Shown: positions 28,593 to 38,239, counted from the first letter of the stretch. The stretch is DNA of 64,000 bases from an uncultured Acidobacteriaceae bacterium (GCA_963794965.1 CAWCFQ010000004.1:654789-718788); one strand, 5' to 3'. Notes: generated by a model not told the origin, from the sequence alone. A program made the numbers and translations.

Positions 28593-30308
28593 ATGGCCAC
28601 GAATGCTCTCGACCGCCAACTCACTCAACTAGAAGCCAGCCGCTATCGTTTCGGCCGCAACGAAGCCGCAAGCGTCGTCAAGTTGCTGAATCACCTCGAC
28701 GCCGCGCGCTTCCCTGATTCCGCCTCGCTGATCCGCTTCCACGAGTCGTTGCTTTTCCTACGGGCCTTCCCTCAAGGGCTAGGGGTGGTTCGCGCTACCG
28801 AGCGCATTCTGAATAGTTTCCACAGAAAAGTGGAAGCACTACATAAAGCCGGCTCCGACATGGATGCCTTCGAGCCCATCGAAGTCTCCGGCATAGCTGG
28901 CACTCAAATGGAGGACACGCTCAGCTTCGACGTTGCACGCTGGCTGGTTAAGCGCATGCCCAACCAAGTCGAAATCTCCTGGGATAACTACGATCCCGGA
29001 CGGGAATTAGGCACCACCGGCCCGCGCTTTATCCCTTTGCTCGAAGACGATGCCTATGTCGAGGCCGACACGCCATGGCGCCGATGGCTCGAAACCGCCG
29101 CCGGCAAGAAGGGATCCGATCCGGCATGGCTGGTGCGGCGCTTCGCCGATCTAGCGCTCCCGCCCAATCAGAAAGCCGAACTCTACGAATCGTTGCGCGT
29201 GCCCTTGCGCTGGAATCTCGCGAACTCCGTCGTCTCAAGAACGCGAAGCTGGAAGCCGGTTCGCAACGTTTTCTACCACAACGAGCCGCTGATCAGTCGC
29301 AGCCAGGTGTCGCTGGCCGCGGAACTGGCAAGGCCTCCGGTCCAACTGACCAAGCTCTCCCGCAAGCAGGGCGAGCAAATCATGGACCTGATCCGCGAAG
29401 TGATGCTGGTGCGCTACCGTGAACTTTACGGCACCACGCTAGGCGATCCTGCGTCGGTGGCGCGAGCCAATGTCGGGCGTGGAGTGACGATCCATCTTTG
29501 GAACCTGCCGCCAGACCGCCGTCTCCCGCTGCGCGCCTATGTCGCGGGATTAACGTTGAAGAACGGCGTGCCCATCAATTACATCGAGGCCATCGGACTC
29601 TGCGAGTGGATGGAGGTCGGCTTCAACACTTTCTACACTTTCCGCGGCGGCGAAGCGGGATGGATTTATGCGCAAGTCCTGCGCTGCCTGTGTCACCTGA
29701 TGGGAACAACCTGCATCTCGGTCTACCCATATCAACTGGGCCATGACAACGAAGAAGCCATTGAATCGGGCGCCTTCTGGTTTTACCGGAAGCTAGGCTT
29801 CAGACCGGGCCGCCCCGATTTGCAGAGATTGGCGGAACGCGAGGAAGGCAGAATCGCCGCCGCTACTAAGCTAGGAAGAACCAAATACCGCACACCCGCC
29901 AGAACCTTGCGTCGCCTGGCTGCTGGGCACGTGTTCTACGAATTGCCGGGCAGCCAGGTAGGAGCTTGGGACACCTTCAGCACACGCAACATTGGCCTGC
30001 GAGTGAATCGACGGATGGCACAAGAATTTCAAGGCGAAAGCCACCGCCTGCGCAAGGAATCGGCGCGCGCGGTAGCGCGGATTCTCGGCGTGGATACCTC
30101 TTCGTGGACACCTTCCGAATGCGCCAGCTTTGAGAATTTTGCCGTGGTCCTGGCACTGGTTCCCGGCCTTGAGGGTTGGACGCGCGAAGACAAAGAAGCG
30201 CTGCTCCGAATCATCCGCAGCAAGTCCAAGGCCGACGAGATGCTCTATCTTCACCTCACGCAGCGCCACGAGCGGCTCCGTGAAGCGCTACTGAAACTCG
30301 GCTCCTAA
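28593..30308 (+). CDS. Large conserved-looking hypothetical protein with a GNAT-like segment
   Basis: 571 aa with good coding composition. The segment EAIESGAFWFYRKLGFRP resembles the GNAT acetyl-CoA-binding helix and strand. No family recognised. Confidence 0.6.
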   Translation: MATNALDRQLTQLEASRYRFGRNEAASVVKLLNHLDAARFPDSASLIRFHESLLFLRAFPQGLGVVRATERILNSFHRKVEALHKAGSDMDAFEPIEVSGIAGTQMEDTLSFDVARWLVKRMPNQVEISWDNYDPGRELGTTGPRFIPLLEDDAYVEADTPWRRWLETAAGKKGSDPAWLVRRFADLALPPNQKAELYESLRVPLRWNLANSVVSRTRSWKPVRNVFYHNEPLISRSQVSLAAELARPPVQLTKLSRKQGEQIMDLIREVMLVRYRELYGTTLGDPASVARANVGRGVTIHLWNLPPDRRLPLRAYVAGLTLKNGVPINYIEAIGLCEWMEVGFNTFYTFRGGEAGWIYAQVLRCLCHLMGTTCISVYPYQLGHDNEEAIESGAFWFYRKLGFRPGRPDLQRLAEREEGRIAAATKLGRTKYRTPARTLRRLAAGHVFYELPGSQVGAWDTFSTRNIGLRVNRRMAQEFQGESHRLRKESARAVARILGVDTSSWTPSECASFENFAVVLALVPGLEGWTREDKEALLRIIRSKSKADEMLYLHLTQRHERLREALLKLGS

Positions 30309-30408
30309 CCTGCGGGTCGCCATTTGCAGCACCTGTCTTGGGGGTGCCCCATCCTTCGCGCGCTTTTCGCAAAGGGTGGGAAGCGATGCTGTCGACTCCG
30401 CCCGATGC

Positions 30409-31356
30409 TCACCGCGGCCTGCCCGAGAACTTTTTGGCAAATTCCGGCGGCAAAGCCGGCGTCGCCCCCGCCTGGGAGCAAACATAGCGTGCCACTTCGT
30501 TGGCAATCTTATTGATTTCGTCTAGGTCCATCTTCCGGAGCAGTCCCAAAACCAGCGCGGCGGTAAATGAATCTCCTGCGCCCACGGTGTCGACGACCTT
30601 CACGGGATGAGATGGACAATCCGACCACCGTCCCCCCTGCCAGAGCAAACTGCCGTTCGCCCCGCGCGTGAGTGCAACCAGGCGCAGACCAAAACTCTCC
30701 GCCAGCCACTCGATCTGACGTTTGATCTCGTGTAGCGCGGACACTCTTGTCCGCGTGTCTGCAGCGAAGCCGTCGTCTGCGTCGGCGAGCTTAAACATTT
30801 CCGCCAGGACTGGCAGTTCGTCATCGTTCAGCTTCAAAACGTTTGCCAACCGGAGCGAGTCTTCAATCACGTCACGCGAATAAAACTGCTGCCGAAGGTT
30901 AATGTCGAAAACGCGCAGCGCGTCCGCTGGCGCCGCCGTAACTAATTGTTGAATTGTGCTGCGCGACGGCTCGCACCGCTGAGCCAGGCTTCCGAAACAT
31001 ACTGCGTCCGCCTCACCGACGACCGCCAGTGCTTCCCCGGTCAGAGCCAGGAAGTCCCACGCCACCTTTTCCGGAATGGTGAAATGAGCCAGCCCATCGC
31101 CTGAGAGTTCGACCTTAGCAATCCCAGTCGGCACCGTGTCATCCACTTGTACGGCGGTATCGGGCAGGCCCATCTCGCGAAAGCGCCGAATGATCTCGCG
31201 CCCGTAGTCATCATTCCCCACGCGCGTGACGACGTAGGCCTCTGCCCCGAGGGCGTGCGCATGATACGCGAAGTTGGCCGGCGCTCCACCCAACTGCGGC
31301 CCGCTGAGAAGCAAGTCCCACAACACTTCTCCGACACCGACAACGCGAAAACCCAT
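30409..31356 (-). CDS. PfkB-family carbohydrate kinase (fructokinase-like)
   Basis: N-terminal GEVLWDL..GGAPANFA and C-terminal DTVGAGDSFTAAL motifs. Confidence 0.88.
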   Translation of the reverse strand: MGFRVVGVGEVLWDLLLSGPQLGGAPANFAYHAHALGAEAYVVTRVGNDDYGREIIRRFREMGLPDTAVQVDDTVPTGIAKVELSGDGLAHFTIPEKVAWDFLALTGEALAVVGEADAVCFGSLAQRCEPSRSTIQQLVTAAPADALRVFDINLRQQFYSRDVIEDSLRLANVLKLNDDELPVLAEMFKLADADDGFAADTRTRVSALHEIKRQIEWLAESFGLRLVALTRGANGSLLWQGGRWSDCPSHPVKVVDTVGAGDSFTAALVLGLLRKMDLDEINKIANEVARYVCSQAGATPALPPEFAKKFSGRPR

Positions 31357-31363
31357 GGCGATC

Positions 31364-32689
31364 CTATTCGATCCCCAACTGTTTCTGGATCTGTTCCAGC
31401 GGCACGCCCTTCGTCTCCGGTACCAGAGTCTTCACCCAAATCAGTTGCAGCACCATCATGCCGGCGAAGAACGAGAAAACGTAACCGGGTGGAAAACTGG
31501 AAACCATGCGCGGGAAAAACGTAGTAAGCAAAGCGGCGAAGATCCAATGCGTGAAGCTGCCCAGGGCTTGACCTTCGGCTCGATGCCGATTAGGAAATAT
31601 CTCGGAAATAAAAACCCAGATGACGGCTCCCTGACCGATGGCGTGCGCAGCGATGAAGGCGAAAATGCAAACCGGCACAATCGCAAAATGTTCGGTAAAG
31701 AAAGCCCACGCCACCAGACCCAGAGAACCGATGTAGCCGAACGAGCCAATATACAGAAGCGTGCGTCGTCCCAACCGGTCAATCAACCAGAGACCGACAA
31801 AGGTAAAAACGAGATTGGTGACCCCGATGCCGATCGATTGCAGCAGCGCGGCCTTCGCCCCGAGTCCCGTAAGTTCAAAGATGCGCGGCGCAAAGTAGAG
31901 AACGGCGTTGATGCCGGAGAGTTGGTTGAAGAACGCAATCAGAATGGCAAGCAGGATGGGCTTACGAAGACGACGCGTCCAGAAATGCGCCGACGAAGCT
32001 TCCTCCGAAGAAGCCGCCGCGATCTCGTTCGCCTCGGCTTCAATCTCAGCTTGGGAAGCCTCGGGCTGAATGCGTTGTAGGATTTTCAGCCCGCCCGCCC
32101 GATCGCCCTTCCTGCCCAACAACCAGCGTGGACTCTCCGGAAGGCCGAAGCAAAGCAGAGCGTAGACGAGCGAGGGGAACGCGGCCACACCCAGCATCCA
32201 TCGCCAGGCATTGATTCCAATGCCCGCCAGCAGCGCGTTCGACACAAAAGCGATCAGGATGCCGAAAACAATGTTGAATTGGAACATGCCGGCCAGCCGT
32301 CCGCGCTGCCGCGGCGGCGCAATTTCGGAGATGTAGAGCGGAGCCGCCACGGTCGAAATGCCGATGCCCAGACCGCCAATAACCCGCGCCACGATGAACG
32401 TGGCGACGTTCGTCGCCAACCCTGATCCGACCGCACCAACCAAGTAAAGAACGCCGATCCATAGCAGCGTCGCTTTGCGTCCGAATCGGTCCGCAGGCCA
32501 GCCCCCGACCAGCGCTCCCACCACCGTGCCGTAGAGGGCGGAAGCCATGGCAATCCCGTGCAGTCCGGGACTAAGCCCCCAGAGCGACTGAATCGTTTTT
32601 TCCGCGCCCGAGATGACGACTGTGTCGAACCCGAAAAGGAAGCCGGCCAGTGCCGACGTAAGCGACCAGAAGAAAACCCTAGGGTTCAT
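31364..32689 (-). CDS. MFS sugar porter (sugar:H+ symporter family)
   Basis: GWPADRFGRK, PESPRWL and PETKG motifs with a 12-TM pattern. It lies 7 nt upstream of the kinase. Confidence 0.9.
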   Translation of the reverse strand: MNPRVFFWSLTSALAGFLFGFDTVVISGAEKTIQSLWGLSPGLHGIAMASALYGTVVGALVGGWPADRFGRKATLLWIGVLYLVGAVGSGLATNVATFIVARVIGGLGIGISTVAAPLYISEIAPPRQRGRLAGMFQFNIVFGILIAFVSNALLAGIGINAWRWMLGVAAFPSLVYALLCFGLPESPRWLLGRKGDRAGGLKILQRIQPEASQAEIEAEANEIAAASSEEASSAHFWTRRLRKPILLAILIAFFNQLSGINAVLYFAPRIFELTGLGAKAALLQSIGIGVTNLVFTFVGLWLIDRLGRRTLLYIGSFGYIGSLGLVAWAFFTEHFAIVPVCIFAFIAAHAIGQGAVIWVFISEIFPNRHRAEGQALGSFTHWIFAALLTTFFPRMVSSFPPGYVFSFFAGMMVLQLIWVKTLVPETKGVPLEQIQKQLGIE

Positions 32690-32881
32690 AGAGGGATGAA
32701 GTCAGCGAGCTCTCACGATAAATGCACTGTGGACGTCATGCAAATGTGAGACTTGATGCACTACCGGCTAACTTGAACCGCCTCGTTTGAACGTGTATAA
32801 AGACATTTGGAAGTAAGCGCCGGGTCGGTCGTGTAATGGCGTTCCCGGTTTAACCTCATAGCATAAGATATTGATTTTAAA

Positions 32882-32966
32882 GCGGAAGTGGTGGAACTGG
32901 CAGACACACCATCTTGAGGGGGTGGCGCCGAAAGGCGTGGGGGTTCAAATCCCCCCTTCCGCACCA
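32882..32966 (+). tRNA. tRNA-Leu (anticodon GAG), class II with long variable arm
   Basis: GCGGAAGTGGTGGAACTGGCAGACACACCATCTTGAGGGGGTGGCGCCGAAAGGCGTGGGGGTTCAAATCCCCCCTTCCGCACCA. Anticodon stem CCATC/GGTGG with loop TTGAGGG, variable stem-loop CGCCGAAAGGCG, and an encoded CCA. Confidence 0.93.
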
Positions 32967-33012
32967 ATATTAAGGCTGTAGATTGAATAGGTTACAGGCA
33001 GCTACCTAGTTT

Positions 33013-33031
33013 CGTACAATTATCGTACAAT
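33013..33031 (+). promoter_or_regulatory. Putative arm-type integrase binding sites (CGTACAAT-TAT-CGTACAAT), tRNA-proximal end
   Basis: Tandem octamers read directly. The same arrangement occurs at 40204-40222. Confidence 0.5.
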
Positions 33032-33066
33032 GCTTCCGGTGGGCTCACCTTCTCCCGGAGGCATTT

Positions 33067-34185
33067 ATGTTGAGCGTCTACACTCGTCACTACCCTCCTT
33101 GCGCGCAGTCAGATCCCTATTACAGGCGTTGCCACTGCCCGAAATGGATCATGGGCACTGTCGAAACGACAGGCGCCTTCGTGCGCGTCAGCGCCCGCAC
33201 TCGCGCCTGGGAAAAGGCGGAAAAGAAGGCGCGGCTGATGGAGGCGGAGGCGGCCGACCCCACGCCGGCACGCGTGACCGCAGAGGCCGCGCTCGACGCA
33301 TTCATCGCAAGGAAGCAGGGACAGCGGTTATCGCATAGCTGGCTCTACAAATTTTCGTTGATGCAGCGTGAGCTGGTTAGCTTTGCGCAGGGTCGAGGCC
33401 TGACCTACATTGACGAATTCACGGACGACGAACTTGGCCTGCTCAGTCGATCCTGGAAGGTCGCACCCATCACCGCCCAGAAACGGCAGGAACGCTGGCA
33501 CTCGTTTTTCTCCTACTGTGTGCGTAAATGCTGGCTGAAACAGAACCCGGTCGAAGAATTGGGCTCAATCAAGGTCCGACCTGTCCCCACTGATTATTTT
33601 TCGCAAGAAGAGTTTCAGAAGTTGGTGAACGTAACCTACGATCTGTCTCATTGGAGCACGAATCCTGGACACAGGGTCCGAGTGCGGGGCCTCTTGCTTC
33701 TCATGCGCTACAGCGGACTGCGCCTGAATGATGCGGTAACACTTGAGCGGGCGCGCCTGACGGAAAATCGCCTGTTTCTATACCAGCAGAAAACAGGGCT
33801 GCCAGTATACGTACCGCTGCCGCCTCACGTAGTCGAGCTTTTGAGGACAGTCGAAAACACCAATTCGCGCTACTTCTTCTGGACTGGAAATGGGTTGCAT
33901 TATCGCGCCAGCAATTGCTGGCACGCCAGTTTGCAGCGCCTCTTCAAGTGGGCAAAACTCGACAAGAGGGCTCACCCCCACATGCTCCGGGACACTTTTG
34001 CCGTAGAACTACTGTTGGCAGGCGTTCCCATTGACCAAGTGTCCATTCTGCTGGGACACGCTAGCGTGAAGACCACTGAGCGGCATTACGCTCCTTTCGT
34101 CAAGGCCCGTCAGGAGCAATTAGTTTCGTCCGTGGAAAAGAGCTGGCGGCTCCAGGGACTGCGGCTCGTGAAGAAGCACGCTTAG
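33067..34185 (+). CDS. int: Tyrosine-type site-specific recombinase/integrase
   Basis: RYSGLRLNDA (Arg I), HMLRDTF (HxxR) and LLGHASVKTTERHY (His/Tyr) motifs. It lies next to a tRNA. Confidence 0.92.
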   Translation: MLSVYTRHYPPCAQSDPYYRRCHCPKWIMGTVETTGAFVRVSARTRAWEKAEKKARLMEAEAADPTPARVTAEAALDAFIARKQGQRLSHSWLYKFSLMQRELVSFAQGRGLTYIDEFTDDELGLLSRSWKVAPITAQKRQERWHSFFSYCVRKCWLKQNPVEELGSIKVRPVPTDYFSQEEFQKLVNVTYDLSHWSTNPGHRVRVRGLLLLMRYSGLRLNDAVTLERARLTENRLFLYQQKTGLPVYVPLPPHVVELLRTVENTNSRYFFWTGNGLHYRASNCWHASLQRLFKWAKLDKRAHPHMLRDTFAVELLLAGVPIDQVSILLGHASVKTTERHYAPFVKARQEQLVSSVEKSWRLQGLRLVKKHA

Positions 34186-34221
34186 CAACTCTCGGCCCTT
34201 TGCAGCAACCGTCGATAATCG

Positions 34222-34512
34222 TCAGCTTGCTTTTCGAAGCTTGCGATGTACGCGATGAAGAACCGTTTCTGGCACGCGCAACGTGCGATATCCGCGCTTG
34301 TGCAACTTCTCTTCCCTGCTCCAGCGGATTACGCCCGGTTCCCGTTCAAAAATCCTTCGCACTGTCTTCTCACTGAGCGCCCAAAGTTTGGCGATCTCGA
34401 TCACCGAGTAGTGCTTCTCATTCGCCAAATCGAAAGGGCCTAATGATGACCCGACGGAAACCGGACGGAAACCGTCAGACGGCTCTATTGGTCTTCTAGC
34501 GGAGTCAGACAT
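34222..34512 (-). CDS. Helix-turn-helix DNA-binding protein, excisionase-like (HTH_17-type)
   Basis: YSVIEIAKLWALSEKTVRRIFEREPGVIRW matches the excisionase-family HTH pattern. It is convergent with and adjacent to int. Confidence 0.6.
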   Translation of the reverse strand: MSDSARRPIEPSDGFRPVSVGSSLGPFDLANEKHYSVIEIAKLWALSEKTVRRIFEREPGVIRWSREEKLHKRGYRTLRVPETVLHRVHRKLRKAS

Positions 34513-34725
34513 GGTACAAGCCTCAACCGCAGCTGGATGTTAACCAACTTGATTCCACATGCTTAAATTGTCCAATGAATTCTCGGGCGACACCTATTCC
34601 CAACAGGAATAGCTGGGTCAGAAATGACCGATACTCCCCTCGTATGCTGCCTTTGTTGATCGGCTGATGCGAGGTGAAACAAGAGACCCGCGCCAGCGAG
34701 GACGCCAGCGCGGGCTTAACGTTGC

Positions 34726-35091
34726 TCAGTACTCGCTCGGCAAGTGGATCACGTTGTTGGCGAAGTACAGCGTGATTTCATCCAGCGGAAAATCCGTGTG
34801 CTCGATCACCTTGCTGAACACGATGTTGCCGTTGCCATCATCGCACGTAAGCGTAGCGGTTCGGTCGGGACGTACGGCGAGCTTCCAGACCTGAAATTCC
34901 TGGGCGGCAACAGCCTTGTTATAGGGCTGAATGATCGCGATTTCGTCCAGAAGCCAATACGCCCCACCGCGCTCGGCAACGTACTGCGCGCCGTCGGTAT
35001 AGAGAACGTTGCGGTTGATCCCGTGCCGATACCAGTTTTCGCTGCCGGTGAACTGCGCGAGGTCGTTCTTGCTGAGAGTCTTCGTCGTCAT
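34726..35091 (-). CDS. DUF6876-like protein (family seen on plasmids/ICEs)
   Basis: Starting at ATG 35091: MTTKTLSKNDLAQFTGSENWYRHGINRNVLYTDGAQYVAERGGAYWLLDEIA. The pattern is recalled for DUF6876 and has not been searched. Confidence 0.6.
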   Translation of the reverse strand: MTTKTLSKNDLAQFTGSENWYRHGINRNVLYTDGAQYVAERGGAYWLLDEIAIIQPYNKAVAAQEFQVWKLAVRPDRTATLTCDDGNGNIVFSKVIEHTDFPLDEITLYFANNVIHLPSEY

Positions 35092-35454
35092 GGTTTGCCT
35101 CTTTTCTTGATGTGACCCCCACGACGGGGGCGAGAGAGGCAATAGGAACAGCCGCACTGGAGGCGCGGCGTCACAGGCAACCGTGGAATAAATGAGGGGC
35201 AGCCCGTAGGGAATCATCGTTTATGCCGCGAAAGTGCCTTGACGCAAGCCTGCGGCTGTTAAGTTGACTCCGAACCCGTCCGTTAGTGGGTCACAGGAAG
35301 AGGCACGATGACGAGGACCATACGTCGGCGAGGTCGCGAATCCCACAACGCACGGAATGGTGACAGTTCTCGACGAGGACATCCCCTTTTGAGGAAGACA
35401 GGCTGGTAAGCTAGGTCCTAGCAGTGACGGTAACTCTAGTTGGAAGGCGTAGGT

Positions 35455-36501
35455 ATGAGAGTTGCACGGCTGGAGATCAGGAATTTTCGCGGTATCAAGA
35501 GCGCCTGTCTTGACTTCGCCGGTCATACCCTGCTCCTCGGTATGAACAATGTCGGAAAGTCCACCGTCTGCGAAGCCCTCGAATTAGTGCTTGGCCCGGA
35601 GCGTCTGTCAAGGTTTCCTCCAGTCGAGGAATTTGATTTTTACAACGCGCGATACCTTGAGGATGATGGCGAGACACCAATCCCGATTGAGATCGATGTA
35701 ACGTTGACCGAACTCTCCGAGGAAGTCGCCAACAAGTGCGCTCCACACGCTCATCATTGGCATTTAGACAAAAAAGATGTCCTGGGTCAGGGCGAGGCTG
35801 ATGTCGTCGATGATCCCCGCGTATGCGAATGTCTCAGGCTCAAAACTATCGCTTCGTACAATCGGGAGGAAGACGAGTTTGAGGCCCAAACGTTTTTCGT
35901 CGACGGCCCGCCGAATTCCGAGGGCGGGCTTGCCGGAGTTCCAAGAAACATAAAACGGCTCTTCGGCTTCTTGTATCTACGCGCTCTTCGCACCGGATCC
36001 CGCGCGTTGAGTCTTGAGCGTGGGTCACTTCTGGACATCATCCTCAAACAACGTGACATTCGCACAGGGATCTGGGAAACCACCATCAAGCGGCTAAGAG
36101 AGCTTGACCCTCCAATCCACGAGGGGGCCGCCGATTTGGGGCCGGTGTTGGAAAATATCGAAAAACGCCTTGGCCAGTATATCCACCTGGAAACAAATGG
36201 TCCCGCCACGCAGCTTTTCGTGTCGCAGTTGACGCGAGAGCACCTCAGAAAGACAATTAGTTTCTTCCTTAAAACGTCGGCCGGTCAGGACCCGGTTCCC
36301 TTCCAGGAGGTCGGCACGGGCACGCTCAATACGCTTGTTCTCGCGTTGCTGACTTTTATCGCCGAGATTAAGAAAGACAATGTGATCTTTGCCATGGAGG
36401 AACCGGAGATTGCCCTACCCCCGCACACGCAACGGCGCATTGCCAATTACCTGCTCCAAAACACAACGCAGTGCTTGGTCACCTCTCATTCACTGACCTG
36501 A
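35455..36501 (+). pseudogene. OLD/AAA15-type ABC ATPase, 3'-truncated by an IS element
   Basis: RLEIRNFRGIKS, Walker A GMNNVGKST, Walker B VIFAMEEPEIALPP and H-loop LVTSHS. The ORF then reads L-T-stop from the IS terminal repeat TGACCTGA. No Toprim or other C-terminal domain follows. Confidence 0.8.
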
Positions 36502-36541
36502 CCGGGAAAATTTGTACCAAGTGGAATGAGAGAGAATCCAC

Positions 36542-36838
36542 TTGGAGGAAAAGCAGGTCATGCCCATCCAGAGGTACAAGCCAGAGCAAATCGTGACGAT
36601 GCTGCGGCAGATTGAAGTGAGCATCGCGAACGGAAAAACCACCCCACAAGCCTGCAAGGAAGCCGGGATCACCATGCAGACGTTCTACCGCTGGCGGAAG
36701 GAATACGGCGGTTTGAAGATGGACCAGGCCAAGCGGCTGAAAGAACTGGAGAAAGAGAACGGCAAGTTGAAACGGCTGGTCGCGGAGCTGTCGTTGGACA
36801 AGCAGATCCTGAAGGATATTGCGGAGGGAAACTTCTAA
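36542..36838 (+). CDS. IS3-family transposase OrfA (HTH plus leucine zipper)
   Basis: KPEQIVTMLRQIEV, FYRWRKEYGGLKMDQAKRLKELEKENGKLKRLVAELSLDKQILK. Confidence 0.9.
   Translation: MEEKQVMPIQRYKPEQIVTMLRQIEVSIANGKTTPQACKEAGITMQTFYRWRKEYGGLKMDQAKRLKELEKENGKLKRLVAELSLDKQILKDIAEGNF
36826..36832 (+). promoter_or_regulatory. Candidate -1 programmed frameshift heptamer G_GGA_AAC
   Basis: X_XXY_YYZ motif in the orfA zero frame, 3 nt before the orfA stop codon (36836-36838). The -1 frame continues GKLLSPERRRCAVEH into orfB with no stop. Confidence 0.6.
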
Positions 36839-36888
36839 GCCCGGAGCGACGTCGGTGCGCCGTAGAGCATGCCCGCGAGGAGTATGAA

Positions 36889-37761
36889 GTGAGTGAGCGG
36901 CGGGCGTGCCGAGTGGTGCGGCAATGGCGAGGAACACAACGCTATGTGCCGCTGCGGCGCACGGACGAAGACGAGCTAACGCAGGCGATCCTGGCCCTGG
37001 CGGCGAAGTATGGGCGGTACGGCTACCGGCGCATCACGGTGCTGTTGCGGGATGCGGGGTGGCCGGTGGGGAAGGATCGAGTGCAGCGGATCTGGCGACG
37101 TGAAGGGCTGAAGGTACCGCAGAAACAGCGGCCACGAGGGCGGTTGTGGCTGGGCGATGGTTCGTGCGTACGGTTGCGACCGGAGCGGGCGAATCATGCG
37201 TGGAGCTACGATTTTGTGAAAGCGATGACGCACGATGGACGAGCGCTGCGTATCCTGGTGCTGATCGACGAGTATACGCGGGAGTGCTTGGCGTTGCGGG
37301 TGGCACGGCGCTTGGGGAGTTTGCAGGTGATCGAAACGTTGGCGGATGTGATGTTGCTGCGCGGGATCCCAGAGCACATCCGTTCGGACAATGGGCCGGA
37401 GTTCATTGCCAAAGAGTTGCGGAAGTGGCTGGGAAAGCTGGGCACGAAAACGCTCTATATCGAGCCTGGGAGCCCGTGGGAGAACGGGTACTGTGAGAGT
37501 TTCAACGGGAAGCTGCGAGATGAGTTCTTGAATGGCGAGATCTTCTACTCGCTGAAGGAGGCACAGATTCTGACGGAGAGGTGGCGCGTGGAATACAACA
37601 CGGAACGGCCGCACTCGGCACTGGGCTACAGACCACCGGCGCCACAAGCCATCTTGCCGAACCAAGAGGGGCATGGAGATATGGAAAACGCTTCGCGTTT
37701 CCCACATCCCCACACCCCCGGCGACGACTACGGACAATTGTCCAAAGAGGCGTTACACTAA
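36889..37761 (+). CDS. IS3-family transposase OrfB (DDE integrase core)
   Basis: WSYDFV, LIDEYTRECL, IRSDNGPEF and PGSPWENGYCESFNGKLRDEFLN motifs. Probably expressed as an OrfAB fusion. Confidence 0.9.
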   Translation: MSERRACRVVRQWRGTQRYVPLRRTDEDELTQAILALAAKYGRYGYRRITVLLRDAGWPVGKDRVQRIWRREGLKVPQKQRPRGRLWLGDGSCVRLRPERANHAWSYDFVKAMTHDGRALRILVLIDEYTRECLALRVARRLGSLQVIETLADVMLLRGIPEHIRSDNGPEFIAKELRKWLGKLGTKTLYIEPGSPWENGYCESFNGKLRDEFLNGEIFYSLKEAQILTERWRVEYNTERPHSALGYRPPAPQAILPNQEGHGDMENASRFPHPHTPGDDYGQLSKEALH

Positions 37762-37786
37762 CATTCCACTTGGTACAAAAGATCGG

Positions 37787-38194
37787 TCAGGTCACCCACG
37801 CGCACCACTCCACGGCCTTTGTCAAGCGACTTTCACGGTGTTTGTCGAAAGCCTCAGCATTGTTTCTCAAATAAAACTCGTCGAGGTATGGAACCATTCC
37901 CTCAAGCGCGAGGATGCTGATTCGGAACGAAACCAGTGTGACCAAGATGCACAGTAGGAAGGCAACCCATGACGCTAAAAGCGACGGAATCCAAACAGCC
38001 CGTCCAATTGGAGCGACATCTTTGATGAACGCCAACGACAGACCGAGTGCTCCGCTTGAGAATGTCAGAAGATACTTGTCGAAGTTTTCGGTGCCTGACT
38101 TGGTGTCTTCCCACACTTTCTTCCGGTACTCGTCATGCAACTCTTCCGGTCTGGTCTTGTCTGCCATGCTGTCAGTCGCGCCTCGCCGCGACAA
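37787..38194 (-). CDS. Small two-TM protein, last gene of an uncharacterised operon; 3' end supplied by the IS terminal repeat
   Basis: Two hydrophobic helices (LLTFSSGALGLSLAFI and WIPSLLASWVAFLLCILVTLVSF). The final codons V-T-stop come from the IS IRR (boundary at 37794/37795). The start is TTG 38194 or ATG 38167. Confidence 0.55.
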   Translation of the reverse strand: MSRRGATDSMADKTRPEELHDEYRKKVWEDTKSGTENFDKYLLTFSSGALGLSLAFIKDVAPIGRAVWIPSLLASWVAFLLCILVTLVSFRISILALEGMVPYLDEFYLRNNAEAFDKHRESRLTKAVEWCAWVT

Positions 38195-38239
38195 TGATTA
38201 TTAGGTTGCCCAGCGAACTCGAATAGCGTTCCCTGGACG

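Larger units (their letters stand above)
36494..37794 (+). mobile_element. IS3-family insertion sequence (IS407-group-like), 1301 bp
   Basis: IRL TGACCTGACCGGGAAAATTTGTACCAAGTGGAATG (36494-36528) matches the reverse complement of IRR TGACCTGACCGATCTTTTGTACCAAGTGGAATG (37762-37794). The ends are TG...CA. It has orfA and orfB with orfB in the -1 frame. Confidence 0.9.

Noticed and set aside
35221-35526. 101-aa minus-strand ORF upstream of, and overlapping, the ATPase start
   Set aside because: It overlaps the well-supported ATPase N-terminus, has poor composition and has no RBS.
36485-37800. Target-site duplication flanking the IS3-family element
   Set aside because: The flanks read TCAC on the left and CCCA on the right. 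An apparent TCAC/TCAC match appears only if the right IS end is shifted 3 nt inward, which breaks the TG...CA inverted-repeat symmetry. I therefore do not claim a TSD.
37795-37874. Continuation of the OLD-type ATPase reading frame after the IS
   Set aside because: None of the three frames after the IS resembles the expected post-H-loop or Toprim sequence. All of them stop within about 80-140 nt, overlapping the convergent TM gene.
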